Shown: positions 49,523 through 62,575 of the stretch, piece by piece | How positions within the stretch are numbered: the stretch's first letter is position 1 | How the letters are laid out: each line of letters opens with the position of its first letter | Assembly: GCA_024679065.1 (NCBI GenBank) | Contig: JAGIQG010000009.1 | Location: 81,716,001 to 81,780,000 of the forward strand | Direction of reading: 5' to 3' | DNA length: 64,000 nt | Source of the DNA: Sphyrna mokarran | Lineage: Eukaryota | Translations under genes and position numbers: made by a program | The notes under the pieces: model-generated | Told to the model about the DNA's origin: nothing | The model's input: the letters and a program-made list of their open reading frames with translations, nothing else | Database searches by the model: none

Positions 49523-52505
49523 GAATAATGATGTGGAGACTGGGAGCAAGGAAGTTAGCTCCCAGGTAGGGAAGGACTCTAGGATGAGAGGCAGGTTAGA
49601 CGAGTGGGGGAGAAGGGAAATGCCCAGTCTGAGGGGCTCAGATGTGTCTATTTTAATGCCAGGAGTGTAGTAAATAAGGTGGATGAACTTAGGGCGTGGA
49701 TTGCTGCTTGGGATTGTGATGTGGTGGCCATTACAGAGACTTGGATGTCTCAGGGACAGGACTGGGTACTACAGGTCCCGGGATTCAGATCCTTCAGGAA
49801 GGACAGGAGGGAGGCAAAAGAGGTGGTGGAGTGGCACTGTTGATCAGGGACAGTGTCATGGCTGCAGAGAAGGTGGATACCGAGGAGGGAATGTCTACGG
49901 AGTCTCTGTGGGTGGAAGTTAGGAATAGCAAAGGGTCGGTGACGTTGCTGGGTGTATTCTATAGGCCGCCCAATAGTGACAGGGAAGTTGAGGTGCAAAT
50001 AGAGAAACAGATACAGGAGAGATGTAGAAATAACAGAGTTGTTGTGATGGGAGACTTCAATTTCCCAAACATCGACTGGAATATCCCAAGGGTAAGGGGT
50101 TTGGATGGGGAGGAGTTTGTTAGGTGTGTTCAGGAGGGTTTCCTGACACAGCACGTGGACAAGCCTACGAGAGGAGAGGCTGTACTGGACCTGGTACTAG
50201 CTAATGAACCAGGACAGGTGATGGATCTCTTGGTAGGAGAGCATCTTGGGGATGGAGATCATAATTCTATCTCCTTCACCCTTACATTGGAAAAGGATAG
50301 GATCAGGCAGGCTAAGAAGGTGTTTGTCTGGAATAAGGGGAAATATGGAGACCAGGCAGATGTTGGGGCGAATAAACTGGAAGGAGGTGTTCTTGGGGAA
50401 AAGCACAGAAGGAAGGTGGCAGATATTCAAGGAATGCTTGTCTGGAGCTTTGCACGACAACGTTCCGGTGAGACAAGGAGGTTTTGGTAGGACGCGGGAA
50501 CCGTGGTGCACGAAGGCTGTGGTGAACATAGTCAGGAAGAAAAGAAAGGTGTATAAAAGGTTCAAAGAGCTAGGAGATGTTGGGGATCTAGAGAAGTATA
50601 AGGCTTATAGAAGAGAGCTTAAAAAGGAAATTAGGAGAGCCAGAAGGGGTCATGAGAAGGCCTTGGCTGGTAGGATTAAGGAGAATCCCAAGGCCTTCTA
50701 CAAATATGTGAAAAGTAAAAGGATGAGAAGAGAAGGGATAGGACCTATAAAAGGTGAAGGGGGAAAAGTCTGTATGGAACCGGAAGAAATGGCAGAGGTG
50801 CTTAATGAGTACTTTGCCTCAGTATTCACGGTGGAAAGTGATCTGGGAGGATGCACTACAAGTTTGCGGCAGACTGAAAAGATTGAGTATGTAGATATTA
50901 AGGAAGCGGATGTGTTAGAACTTTTAAATGCTATCAAGATAGACAAGTCTCCGGGACCAGATGGGATGTACCCCAGGTTATTGTGGGAGGTGAGGGATGT
51001 CATTGCAGAGCCCCTGGCGATGATCTTTGCGTCGTCGATGGAGACGGGAGAGGTTCCGGAGGATTGGAGGATTGCGGATGTGGTCCCTATTTTCAAGAAA
51101 GGGAACAGGGATAGTCCTGGAAATTACCGACCGGTGAGTCTGACCTCAGTGGTTGGTAAGCTGATGGAGAGGCTTCTGAGGGACAAGATTTACGAGCATT
51201 TGGAGAAGTTTAGGTTGATTAGAAATAGTCAACATGGTTTTGTAAAAGGCAGGTCGTGCCTTACGAGCTTAATTGAGTTCTTCGAAAATGTGACTGAACA
51301 CATTGACGAAGGAAGAGCAGTGGACGTGGTGTACATGGACTTCAGCAAGGCATTTGACAAGGTCCCACATGCAAGACTTCTTGAGAAGGTGAGAGGGCAT
51401 GGGATCCAAGGGGCTTTGGCCTTGTGGATCCAGAACTGGCTTGCCTGCAGAAAGCAGAGGGTGGTTGTGGATGGCTCTTTTTCTGCATGGAGGTCGGTCA
51501 CCAGTGCAGTGCCCCAGGGATCTGTTCTAGGACCCTTGCTGTTTGTCATTTTCATAAATGACCTGGATGAGGAAGTGGAGGGATGGGTGAGTAAGTTCGC
51601 CGATGACACGAAGGTCGGTGGTGTTGTGGATGGTCTGGAGGGATGTCAGAAGTTGCAGCATGACATCGACAGGATGCAAGACTGGGCGGAGAAGTGGCAG
51701 ATGGACTTCAACGCGGATAAATGTGTTGTGGTCCATTTTGGCAGATCCAACGGGATGAATGAGTACACTATCAAAGGTAGGAGTCTTAGCTGTGTGGAAG
51801 AGCAGAGGGATCTTGGGGTCCGGGTCCATAAGACTCTCAAATCGGCCTCCCAGGTGGAGGATGTGGTTAAGAAAGCTTACGGTGTACTGGCCTTCATTCA
51901 TCGAGGGATTGAGTTCAGGAGTCAGGAGGTAATGCTGCAGCTTTATAGGACCCTTGTCAGACCACACTTGGAGTACTGTGCGCAGTTCTGGTCGCCTCAC
52001 TATAGGAAGGACGTGGAAGCTATTGAAAGGGTGCAGAGGAGATTTACAAGGATGTTGCCTGGATTGGGAGGCATGCCTTATGAAGACAGGTTGAGGGAGC
52101 TGGGACTGTTCTCCCTGGAGAGACGAAGGTTGAGAGGCGACCTGATAGAGGTTTACAAGATGTTGAGAGGAATAGATAGGGTGGACTCTCAGAGACTATT
52201 TCCCAGGGCTGAAATGGTCGTGACGAGAGGGCACAGATTTAAGGTGCAGGGAAGCAAGTACAGAGGGGATGCTAGGGGAAAGTTTTTCACTCAGAGGGTG
52301 GTGAGTGAATGGAATCGGCTGCCATCGGTGGTGGTCGAGGCGAACTCGCTGGGGTCTTTTAAAAGACTTCTGGATGAGTATATGGGATCCAATGGGATTG
52401 GGGGTTATAGATAGGTCTATGGCTGGGTAGGTTTTGATGTGTTCGGCACAACTTGTGGGCCGAAGGGCCTGTTTGTGCTGTAGTGTTCTATGTTCTATGT
52501 TCTAT
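49523..52505 (+). mobile_element. CR1 LINE with essentially complete ORF2 (two frameshifts) in the J-C intron; unit-B specific
   Basis: Overlapping ORFs 49604-49843 (YFNARS..AITETW), 49741-50490, 50246-52414 (RT); empty site GTAAGGAGAC at 15601-15610. Confidence 0.94.
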
Positions 52506-53604
52506 GAGACCCTAAGTGTCCACAATATTCCAACTGTGATTTTCCCAATGTGTAGTAGCAAAACATCCTTCCTTTTATACTCATCCTCATTGGAATGAAG
52601 AGCAACATTCCATTTGCCTTCTGAATTTTTTTGCTGTCCCTTCATGCAAAGACACCCAGATCACTTGATAGAATTTCTCCGGTTAACTAGTATTCTGCTC
52701 TATTCTCCTGCCAAAGTGGACAACCTCATTTTCCCACAATATTCTCCATCTGTTGATGTTTCCCCACTCACTGAACCGATCTCTATTCCTTTTCAGACTC
52801 TGGATTCTCCTCACAACATGCATTTCCACTTTTCATTTTATCATCAGCAAGTTTAGTGACATTCCTCTCATTCCCTTCATCCAGCTCATTAATATAGATT
52901 GTAGAGTTAAACCCCAAACAACAACCATCTTCCTTTGTGCCAGGTACAACTCCAACCAGTGGAGAGTTTTCCCCTGATTCCCATTGGCTCCAGTTTTGTG
53001 AGGGCTCCTTGATGCCACACTTGCTGAAATGCTGCCTTGATGTTAAGGACAGTCTCTCTCACCTCACCTCTGGAGTTCAGCTCTTTTGTCCATGTTTGAA
53101 CCAAGACTGTAATGAGATCAGGAGCTGAGTGATCATGGTGAACACAAACTGAGTGTCAGTGAGCAGATTATTGCTGAGTAAGTGCTGCTTGGTATTGCTC
53201 TGGATATGTTCAGATCACATTGCTGATGATCGAGAGTAGACTGATGGGCTGGTTATTGTGTAGATTGGATTTTTTCTGTTTTTTGTGCACAGTTCATAAC
53301 TGGATAATTTATCACAATGTTGTGTTGATGCCAGTGTTGTAGATGTACAGGAACAGCTTGGTTAGGGACACGGGAAGTTCTGGAGTACAGTCTTTAGGAC
53401 CACCGGGGAAGGTCGAGATGGATCATCCACTCGGAACTTCTGGCTGAAGATTCCTGCAAATGCTTCAGCCTTATCTTTTGTACTGATGTGGTGGGTTCCT
53501 CCATCATTGAGGATGGGGATATTTGTGGTGCCTCCTCCTCCAGTGAGTTGTTTAATTGTCCACCACCATTCACAGCTGGATGTGGCAGGACTGCAGAGCT
53601 TAGA

Positions 53605-54550
53605 ACAAAGAACAAAGAAGAACAAAGAGCAACACAGCACGGGAAACAGGCCCTTTAGCCCAACGAGCCCACGCCGCCATCCTAATGTCCTAATGACATA
53701 TCCTTGTCTTTAGGCTATGCCTATTGTTGAAGATTCCCATATAGGGACCAATATAGGGACAATTTGTTACCCAATCAGCCTAAGAGCACATTTTTCGGAT
53801 GTGGGAGGAAACCGGAGCACCCGGAGAAAACCCACGCAACCACGGGGAGAACGCGCAAACTCCCGCAGACACAGGCCCAAATCCATGTGTCAGCACAGCA
53901 ACAGCGATAGTCTCTGAGCTGTCATGTTGCCCATCAGATGGCCCAGTTTAAGCATACACTGACGACGTGAAGCACTAGGCAACTCCTGAAGCAACCTCCA
54001 AGAGCAGCTCTCGCACGACATGCCGCATGCATGCCCCTTGTTGGTCAACAAGGTGGACCGAGTTGCCTGCGAAAACAAATAAGACTTAATTAAACATGCT
54101 AAAAAAAAAACTAAGACATTCCTGAGACGAAACGAAAAGATAGTCTACTACTATTTGGTCCTCCCGATATTCAAACAGTCCTGCTATATCCTTCTTTCTG
54201 CAGACCACTCATGTGGCTGTCCAAGAGACCCTTAAACAACCCTGGCGTGCCTGCTCCCACCACCTTACTCGGCAGTGCGTTCCACACCCCCACTACCCTT
54301 TGTGTGAAAAACTGGCCTCTAATATTCGTCTTACACAAAGCGCCCCTCACCCTGAGCCCGTGACCCCTCGTTCTATCCATTTCTAATGGTGGAAAAAGCT
54401 TACCACTATTTACTCTATCTATACCCCTCATAATCTTATATACCTCTAAAAGATCCCCTCTCAGCCGACGTCTTTCAAGGGAAAACAACCCCAGTGTTTT
54501 CAATCTTTCCTCGTAAGACAGCCCTTCCATACCAGGCAGCATCCTGGGAA
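53605..54550 (-). mobile_element. CR1 3' fragment with V-SINE-bearing UTR; unit-B specific
   Basis: ORF 54171-54563; AGA duplicated; empty site at 16261-16270. Confidence 0.9.
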
Positions 54551-54914
54551 AGATCTGATCCATTGGTTGTGGGATGGTTTAACTCTGTCTATCACTTGCT
54601 GTTTCTGCTGTTTGTCACACAGTCTCTGTGTTGTAGCTTCACCAGGTTAACACCTCATTTTTCAGTCTGTCTGTTGTTGCTCCTGGCATGTCCTCCTGCA
54701 CTCTTCATTGAACTGAAAGCAGCAGAGAATCCACAGAAACAGACTGATGTTTGTCTGATGTGTCTGTGTGTTTATTAGTTGTGACTGAGCAGATAGCAAG
54801 AGTTTCAGCAGCAACAAAAATGTTTCTCTAGTTCACCTCCCACTTTCCCCATCCACTTCCAAAATCTTCATGGGGAAAGGGCCAGCACCTGTCATATCCC
54901 CCCCTCTAAACTAC

Positions 54915-55170
54915 AGGCCTCCTATCTTTCAGATGAGACAATCTGATATCTGCCCTCTCAGGGGGTGTGAAAGATCCCATGGTACTATTGGAAGAAGAGC
55001 ACGGGAGTTCACCCCGGTGACCTGGTCAATATTCATCCCTCAATCAACATCACTACAAATCTGCTTATCTGTTCTTTCTCACTCTGTTCCCTGGGATCTT
55101 ATTGTGCACAATGAGCTGTAAAACACATTGGGACATTCTGAGGTGGTGACAGGTGCTATAGAAATGTAAT
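54915..55170 (+). mobile_element. Deu-domain-like SINE relic
   Basis: Paralog of 16515-16775. Confidence 0.6.
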
Positions 55171-56523
55171 TCTGTCTGTGAGGTTGGAGATTCCTGGCCC
55201 TGACTCTCTCCCATTGATAACATAAAAGCACCCTCCAGAGTTCATGGGGTCATTCGGAGCAGTGACTCAGTCTGACCCCTGGACACTGGGAAGAATTCTA
55301 GCCTCACCCTTGACCTCAGCCCAGTGCTGGGCGATAAGGTTTGAAATGAAATCTGGAAGTTTCTACACCAGCCAATGGGAATCCTGTGTGAAGTGTGTTG
55401 ATCCAAGTCTGTTCCAATGTTCTGGGATAAAGTTCTCCTGATCTGTGTGTGATCTGAGGTTTCTTGAAGCTCAACCTGTTTCCCCCAGACAGACTGAGCA
55501 ATAGTTCCAGCTTCCTGATTGGTTAACAGTCTCTTAAAGGGACACTGTGTCTTTAAATACTCTCAATATTAACCATTTCAGTGCTGAATTTGCAGTAATC
55601 TTCTTCACAATTTCAATAACATTGCAAAATGATTCAAACCTTTACCGTCAGACACTGAACTAATTTGAAATCAAATGTGACATTTCCCCTTGGATTCCAT
55701 CAGCTTTTAATTTTAAACAGTTTTATCTGTCCTTCAGTCCACCCACACTAACCATATAATAGCCAGAGTCTCTGCTATTTCTTCCCTTCTTTCGCTTCAC
55801 GTTCTGGGATACATTTCACCCAGCACTGGGAATTTCTCAATTTTAAAAGATGATAAACACATTAATACCTCCTCACTCACTATCATTATCCTATTAATTA
55901 TTTCACAATCCCTTCCCTCCTGAACTACAATGTTAACTTTGTCCGTCCCACTTGTGATATCTGATGTAAATTAGATACCATCTGTATGTATTCTCCCTCC
56001 ACACACAAGTTACCTTTTTGCTCTCTAATCAGCCCTATTTAATCCTTAGTTATTCTCTTTGCAATGTCCCACACTATTGCTTGATGAACATATATGTCCT
56101 GAACTCTATCTCCAGCTCGAATATCCTCCCACTGCTCTGACACTGATTTACCTTCAAGTCACTGTTTCCTTTCCATTTTGACAAATTCCACTGTTGTGAA
56201 ATTGGCCTTTTCCCATTTAAAACGTTTACTCTTAATCGATCTTTCCCCTTTTCCGGAGCTACTCTAAATCTATTATGATCATTATTACCCAAATGCTCTC
56301 TCACTGATACACCTTCCACATGCTGAGTTTCATTCTCTAAAACTGCTAAAATTGACCCTTCTCTTGTTGGGATTGTTCCGTACTGGTTAAAAACGTTCCC
56401 ATCGAATGGATTTTCAGAATTCTGCAACATCAAATCATTGACACTGATTTGATCCCAGTTAATATTCGGGATGTTGAAAGTCTGAAAATGGCAGTGATTA
56501 AAATTCCTTCTCTTCTCTTTCAG

Positions 56524-56852
56524 CCCGTGAGAATTCACAACCCACGCTGACCCTGCTGCCCCCCTCCCCGGAGGAGGTCAAGACCAAGGGCACTGCCACC
56601 CTGGTGTGCCTTGCCGATCACTTCTATCCCGATGAGGTGGAGGTGAAGTGGAAGAAGGACGGTGCAGCCATTTCCAACGGGATTCAGACCAGCAACTACC
56701 TGCGAGCTTCGGACAACACCTACAGTGTCAGCAGCCTGCTGACCCTCTCTGGCTCCGACTGGGAGTCCAACGCTCGCTTCTCCTGTGCCCTCACCCACGT
56801 GAGCCTCTCCTCTCCCCTCAGCAAGAGTGTCAGGAGTTCAGAATGTGCCTAG
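56524..56852 (+). CDS. IGKC: Ig kappa-type constant exon, cluster 2
   Basis: Protein identical to cluster 1 C; three silent differences seen. Confidence 0.97.
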
Positions 56853-57231
56853 AGTGTTAGAGACAGTCCACAGAGGAGACACAACTTGGAATAGAACAGG
56901 GGTGAGCTGGAAGGGTAAAGGTCACTGTCAGCATTGAATTACAATTGTCTTCCTTCCTGGGTCTGGGTCTGGGACACTTCTGAGAGTCAGGAGTTAAAGA
57001 ACATTGTTGGGATATTGTAGAGGGAGCTTTACTCTCTATTAACCCCGTGCTGTTCATTTATTGGGAGTGCTGAAGACTGACAGCTGCACAAAAATAATGT
57101 GACCCTCTGAAGTATCTGCTTTAGTAAACCAGACCTCCTTCCTGCTCACCCTGCAGTTACAATTGAAGCTTTAGTCACTGTTTAAAGGGACAGGATTCTC
57201 ATGTTATTGAGAAAATCTCCACAAGTGTTTT

Positions 57232-57332
57232 AATAAACCTCCATTCTCCCTGTGAATTTCTCCAGCTTCCTCTGGCTGGACTGTTTATTCAAGTCATTTT
57301 TCTGTCAATGTCAATGTGTAAAAGGTAATAAA
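57232..57332 (+). terminator. Polyadenylation signals
   Basis: AATAAA 57232-57237 and 57327-57332. Confidence 0.65.
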
Positions 57333-57454
57333 CATTAAGAATATTCAGTATATGTCTGGTGAGTGCTTTGGAAATGTCCCACCTCCCCATCAGCTGATTG
57401 GCTGCATTTCAACAAGTGATTGTCCTGATTGATTGCTTGGACTGTCAATCAATG

Positions 57455-57775
57455 ACACAGTAAGCAGTCTGATACCAGGTTAAAGTCCAACAGGTTTATT
57501 TAGTAGCACAAACCACTCGCTTTCGGAGCGCTGACCCTTCATCAGGTGAGAGGGAATTCTGTTCACGAAAAGGGCATATAAAGATTTCAGCTCAATTTAC
57601 AATTATGTCTTTCAATGCCCTGTTTTTGAACAGAATTCCCACTCACCTGATGAAGGGTCAGTGCTCCGAAAGTGAGTGGTTTGTGCTACTAAATAAACCT
57701 GTTGGACTTTAACCGGGTGGTGTGAGACTTCTTACTATGTTTACCCAAGTCCAACGCCGACATCTCCACATCATC
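57455..57775. mobile_element. Penelope-type palindromic relic with two hammerhead-like cores
   Basis: Arms 57455-57577 and 57615-57740; CTGATGA..GAAA at 57647-57671 (+) and 57545-57521 (-). Confidence 0.7.
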
Positions 57776-57997
57776 ATCAACGACACATCAGCAGAAGATT
57801 GGATTCAAATCCAATGATCAATCATTTAAAAATGATCAGTTTGATCTGGAATCTCTTGAGTGACAAGATTGAAAATAGAAAAGAAACTGAAAGTTGCTGG
57901 GATTAAATCATCACAATCACAATTCTCCATCCCATATTCACCGCCTCCCCCTTGACCTTCCCCTCTCACAGAGTTTCACTACTCCCATAGTTTCAAA

Positions 57998-58455
57998 TAC
58001 AAAGAACAAAAAAACAACACTGTATAGGAAACAGGCCCTTTGGCCCTCCAGGCCTGTGCTCTCATTGGTCCAACTGGACCGTTTGTTTGTATCCTTCCAT
58101 TCCCAGTCTGCTCATGTGACGATCCAGGTAAGTCATAAATAATCCCAGCGTGTCCGTCTCCACCGCCCTACTTGTTAGCGCATTCCAGGCCCCCACCACC
58201 GCCTGTGTAAAAAACATCCCTCTAATATTTGAGTTATACCTCGTTTCTCTCACCTTTAGCCTATGTCCCATCGCGATCGTCACCTCCGGCCTTGGAAAAA
58301 GCTTTCCACTGTTCACTTTATCAATATCCTTCATAATATTGTACACCTCGATTAGATCTCCCCTCATTCTCCATCTTTTCAGGGAGAACAACCCCAGTTT
58401 ACCCAATCTCTCCTCATAGCTAAGACCCTCCATACCAGGCAACATCCTGGTGAAC
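57998..58455 (-). mobile_element. CR1 3' fragment (pre-duplication)
   Basis: Part of ORF 58062-58631; paralog 19455-19910. Confidence 0.85.
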
Positions 58456-58899
58456 CACAAGGAGTAACTCTTGGTGATGGACATTGAATTCCCCACCCAG
58501 AGTACATTCTGTGTCCTTCCCACCCTCAGTCCTTCCTCGAAGTGGTGTTCAACATGGAGGAGAACTGGTTCATCAGCTGAGGGGGACGGTATGTGGTAAC
58601 CAGAGGAGGTTTCCTTGTCTGTGTTTGACATGGTAACGAGAGACTACATGGAGTCTGGAATGTTGTTGAGGATTCCCAGGATAACTCCCTCCTGACTGTA
58701 TCCCACTGTGCCTTCTGTGCTGGGAGATTGGAGGTAGTGAACACGGTTCACCATTTTCTCCCGTCTCAGTAACAAACATCCAGCTGCTCGAACTGGTACA
58801 GTAAAACGGTATTGACCATTTCCTGGTGTCATGAGTGAGAGGGAAAAATTTAGATTGGGGACTCAAAATATCATTCAGTGAATTTTTCAAATAATTAGA

Positions 58900-59270
58900 A
58901 AGATGGAAATGAAATAACTTGCTGCAAGTTATTTAAGCTTTCATCCAGGAGGGAGAGTGAGAGAGAGGAGAGAAAGACAGAAGCAGAGAGAGAGAGAGAC
59001 AGAGTGAGAGGGTTCCCCTCGGGGAGTTCCTGAGCAGTGACGGGCAGGGACTGAGGAAATGGGAGTTTCAGCTGTTTAGATTGTTCCTGTCGGTGTCAGT
59101 CTCCAAGATTCCTCCCACCCCCTCCACTGCTAGTATTTTTATTTCTTTTGAGTCTGAAAGTTTAATGTTGTTCAGATAATTGTTCCCGTCTCAGTAACAA
59201 ATATTCGGCTGCTTCTTTCACTTCCTCTGTTGGTTACATTTCAATCTTCCAATCTGACAGTCTTTGGGAA
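58900..59270. promoter_or_regulatory. Candidate 3' enhancer (EICE, kB and E-box cluster)
   Basis: GGAAATGAAA 58905-58914, GGGGAGTTCC 59021-59030, CAGCTG ~59068, CTTTCACTTCCTCT 59215-59228. Confidence 0.45.
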
Positions 59271-60065
59271 AATATTTCAAAATATCTATCCCCCAATCCA
59301 TGTTTTGAAATATTTTCCCAAATTTTTGACTGTTGGGTTTTTAGTTCCTGCCATTATAATTTTGACATTATTTTCCAAAGGGAATTCCTCTAATTCTGTG
59401 CAATGTTCAGATGAAAAGAAGAAAGAAAGGATCCAAGGCTGCTCCAGAGGCAGATTAGCTGCACCCAACGTTGTCCGTGCAAGTCACGTTCATAAGGAGG
59501 GACTCATCTTTCATGGAATGTGAGAGAAGAGTTGCCAATACAAACTTCTTTTCACTGTGGTTGATTTCCCAGATTTAACAATCTCCTTGAATCTTATTTC
59601 CAACCAAGTTCCCCCACGGGGACAATTCTTCCAAGTTCACCACATGACTGAACATTTGAGCACCTGGCTCATGGTTACAGGGACAAACAGCTCACTAATT
59701 GCTCACTAGGACACTGTAGTTTAATTACCTTTCCCATAGATAATTAGGCAGCACAAAGAAGATGCTACATTATTTCAAAATATATATAAGAAGCATATGG
59801 GCTCGCTGCAGTGACAATTCCGTGCTCAGATCACTATTATTCCTGGATCCGGCCATTAGGCTCCAATTGGTAAGATCGGGCCCAGAGTGAACTCTTTGCA
59901 ACAACAGCTTAAATTTTCAGATTGCTGAATCCATTCCCCCCTCAAGCAGAATGGACCTTGTGTTTTTATTTCCACAGAACCACAAATGGAACAAGATTAG
60001 CAGTAACGTTAAGAAGATTTTTATTCCCACACCATGGTCATGGTTTAGAACCAGGTGACTCAGTG

Positions 60066-62264
60066 AACAAAGAACAAAGAACAAAAACATCATGGGAAAC
60101 AGGCCCTTCGGCCCAACGATCCCGCACCACCACCCCGATGTTCCCACCTCTACCCGCAATCCCTGTCTATGTTTATAGATCTATGGATTAAAAACCAAAT
60201 TTGAGACAATTTAGTGAGAATTTGTTTTGCCAATTAGCCTAAAGCACATCTTTGGGATGTGGGAGGAAACTGGAGCACCCGGAGAAAACCCACGCAAGCA
60301 CGGGGAGAATGCGCAAACTCCCACAGACACAGGCCCAAATCCATGTATCTGCACAGCAACAGCGATAGTCACTGAGCTGTCGTGTTGCCCATCAAATGGT
60401 CCAGGTCAAGCGTACACTAACTACGTGAAGCACTAGGATACTCTCAAAAAAAATCCAAGAGCAGCCCTCTCACGACCCATCGCGTGTATGCCCCTAGTTA
60501 GACAACAAGGTGGACCAAAGCACCTGTAGGATAAAAACAAGTACATCAATATCATCATCTATTTACACACTTCCCAGGGACTCCCAAGGCTCATGATCCC
60601 TATTTTAAATCAGTTTTCTATACCCCTCCATTCCCCTTCTGTTCATGTGCCCATCTAAGTATTTCTTAAATAACTCCAGAGTACCTGCCTCCACCACTTT
60701 ACTTGGCAGCGCATTCCATACCCCCACCACCCTCTGTGTGAAAAAACTCCCTCTAGCATCCAAATTATACCTTACTCCCTCACCCTAAGCCCGTGACCCC
60801 TCGTGCTATTTGAGTCCATCCTAGGAAAAAGCTTAACCCTGTTTACTCTATCTATCCCCTTCAAAATCTTGTACACCTTTATCAGATCTCCTCTAAGTCT
60901 ATGTCTTTCTAAGGAAAATAGTCCCAATTTGCCTAATCTCTCCTGGTAACTCAGACCTTCCATACCAGGCAGCATCCTGGTAAACCTCCTCTGCACTCTT
61001 TCCCGAGTCTCCACGTCCTCCTGGTAGAAAGGTGACCAGAACTGGACACAGTATTGCAATGAGGTCGAACCAACATTTTATACAACTGCAACATTAAAGG
61101 CCAGCTCTTGTACTCTATACCCCTTCCTATAAAGGCTAGCATACTATATGCTTTCTTCACAACCTTCTCCACTTGCTCTGCCACCTTCAGAGACTTGTTC
61201 ACCTGTACCCCAGGTTCCTCTGCGTTTCTATACTCTTAATAGGTCTACCCTTTATCATATACCTCCCCACTACATTCTTTCTCCCGAAATGCATCACCTC
61301 ACATTTATCAGGATTGAATTCCATCTGCCATCTGTCTGCCCAAGCTACCAGTCTATCTATGTCCTGCTGCATCACCTGACAATGCTCCTCACTATCCGCA
61401 AGTCCAGCCATCTTTGTATCGTCTGCAAACTTGCTGATCACTCCACTTACTCCCTCTTCCAAGTAATTTATATATATTACAAATAGAAGAGGTCCCAGTA
61501 CCGAGCCCTGTGGCACACCACTAGTGACCGACCTCCAGCTAGAGCAACACCCTTCCACTATTACTCTCTGTCTCCTATTACCAAGCCAGTTACTTATCCA
61601 TCTAGCTACCTGTCCTTGTATCCCATTTGCCTTGACCTTCTCGACTAACCTCCTATGAGGTACTTTGTCAAACGCCTTACTAAAATCCAAATAGACAACA
61701 TCAACAGCTCAACCTTCGTCCACTGATTTTGTCACCTCCTCAAAAAATTCTACCAGATTTGTAAGGCACGACCTCCCCTTTACAAATCCATGCTGCGTAT
61801 CCCTAATCAGATTGCAACGCTCTAAGTGCCTGTACATCCTATCTCTAAGAATCCCCTCCAACAGCTTCCCTACCACTGACATCAAACTCACCGGCCTATA
61901 ATTTCCAGGGTTATCCCTACCACCCTTTTTAAACAACGGTACAACATTAGCTATTCTCCAGTCCTCTGGGATCTCACCTGTGTCCAAGGAAGAGACAAAG
62001 ATTTGCATCAGAGGCCCAGCAATTTCACCTCGCACCTCCCTAAGCAGGCTGGGATAAATGCCATCCAGCCCAGGAGATTTATCAGTTTCAATGCTACCTA
62101 GAAGCTCTAACACTTCCTCCCTTGGTATGGATATTTCCCTCAACTGGTCCACAGCTCCATCAGAGACAGGAGCTGTCAACAAGCCCCTCTCCTTCGTGAA
62201 TACCGACGCAAAGTGTTCATTCAGGATCTCCGCCATTCCCTCGGGCTCGAAGCACAGTTCCCCT
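60066..62264 (-). mobile_element. 5'-truncated CR1 LINE inserted in the A-box of a V-SINE; unit-B specific
   Basis: ORFs 61709-62275 and 61199-61690; GTG duplicated; intact SINE at 20475. Confidence 0.92.
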
Positions 62265-62575
62265 GTGGTTAACACTGCTGTCTAACAGCTCCAAGGACCT
62301 GGGCTTGAGTTCCAGTGTGGATCACTGTGGAATGTGCACATTCTCCCCGTGTATACGTGGGTTTACTTTGGGTGCTCCAGATTCCTCCTACTGTCAAAGG
62401 TGTGTGGGTTAGGTTGATTGGCCATGCTAAATTGCCCCTTAGTGTCCCAGAATGTGGAGGTTAGAGGGAGTAGTGATGTAAATGTGTGGGGTCGTAGCGA
62501 TAGGACGTGGGATGGGATTGCTGATGGTGTAGATTCGATGGGCCGAATGGATTCCTTCTGCACGTTAGGGATTCT
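62265..62575 (+). mobile_element. Remainder of the HE1-like V-SINE
   Basis: Paralog of 20484-20795. Confidence 0.8.
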
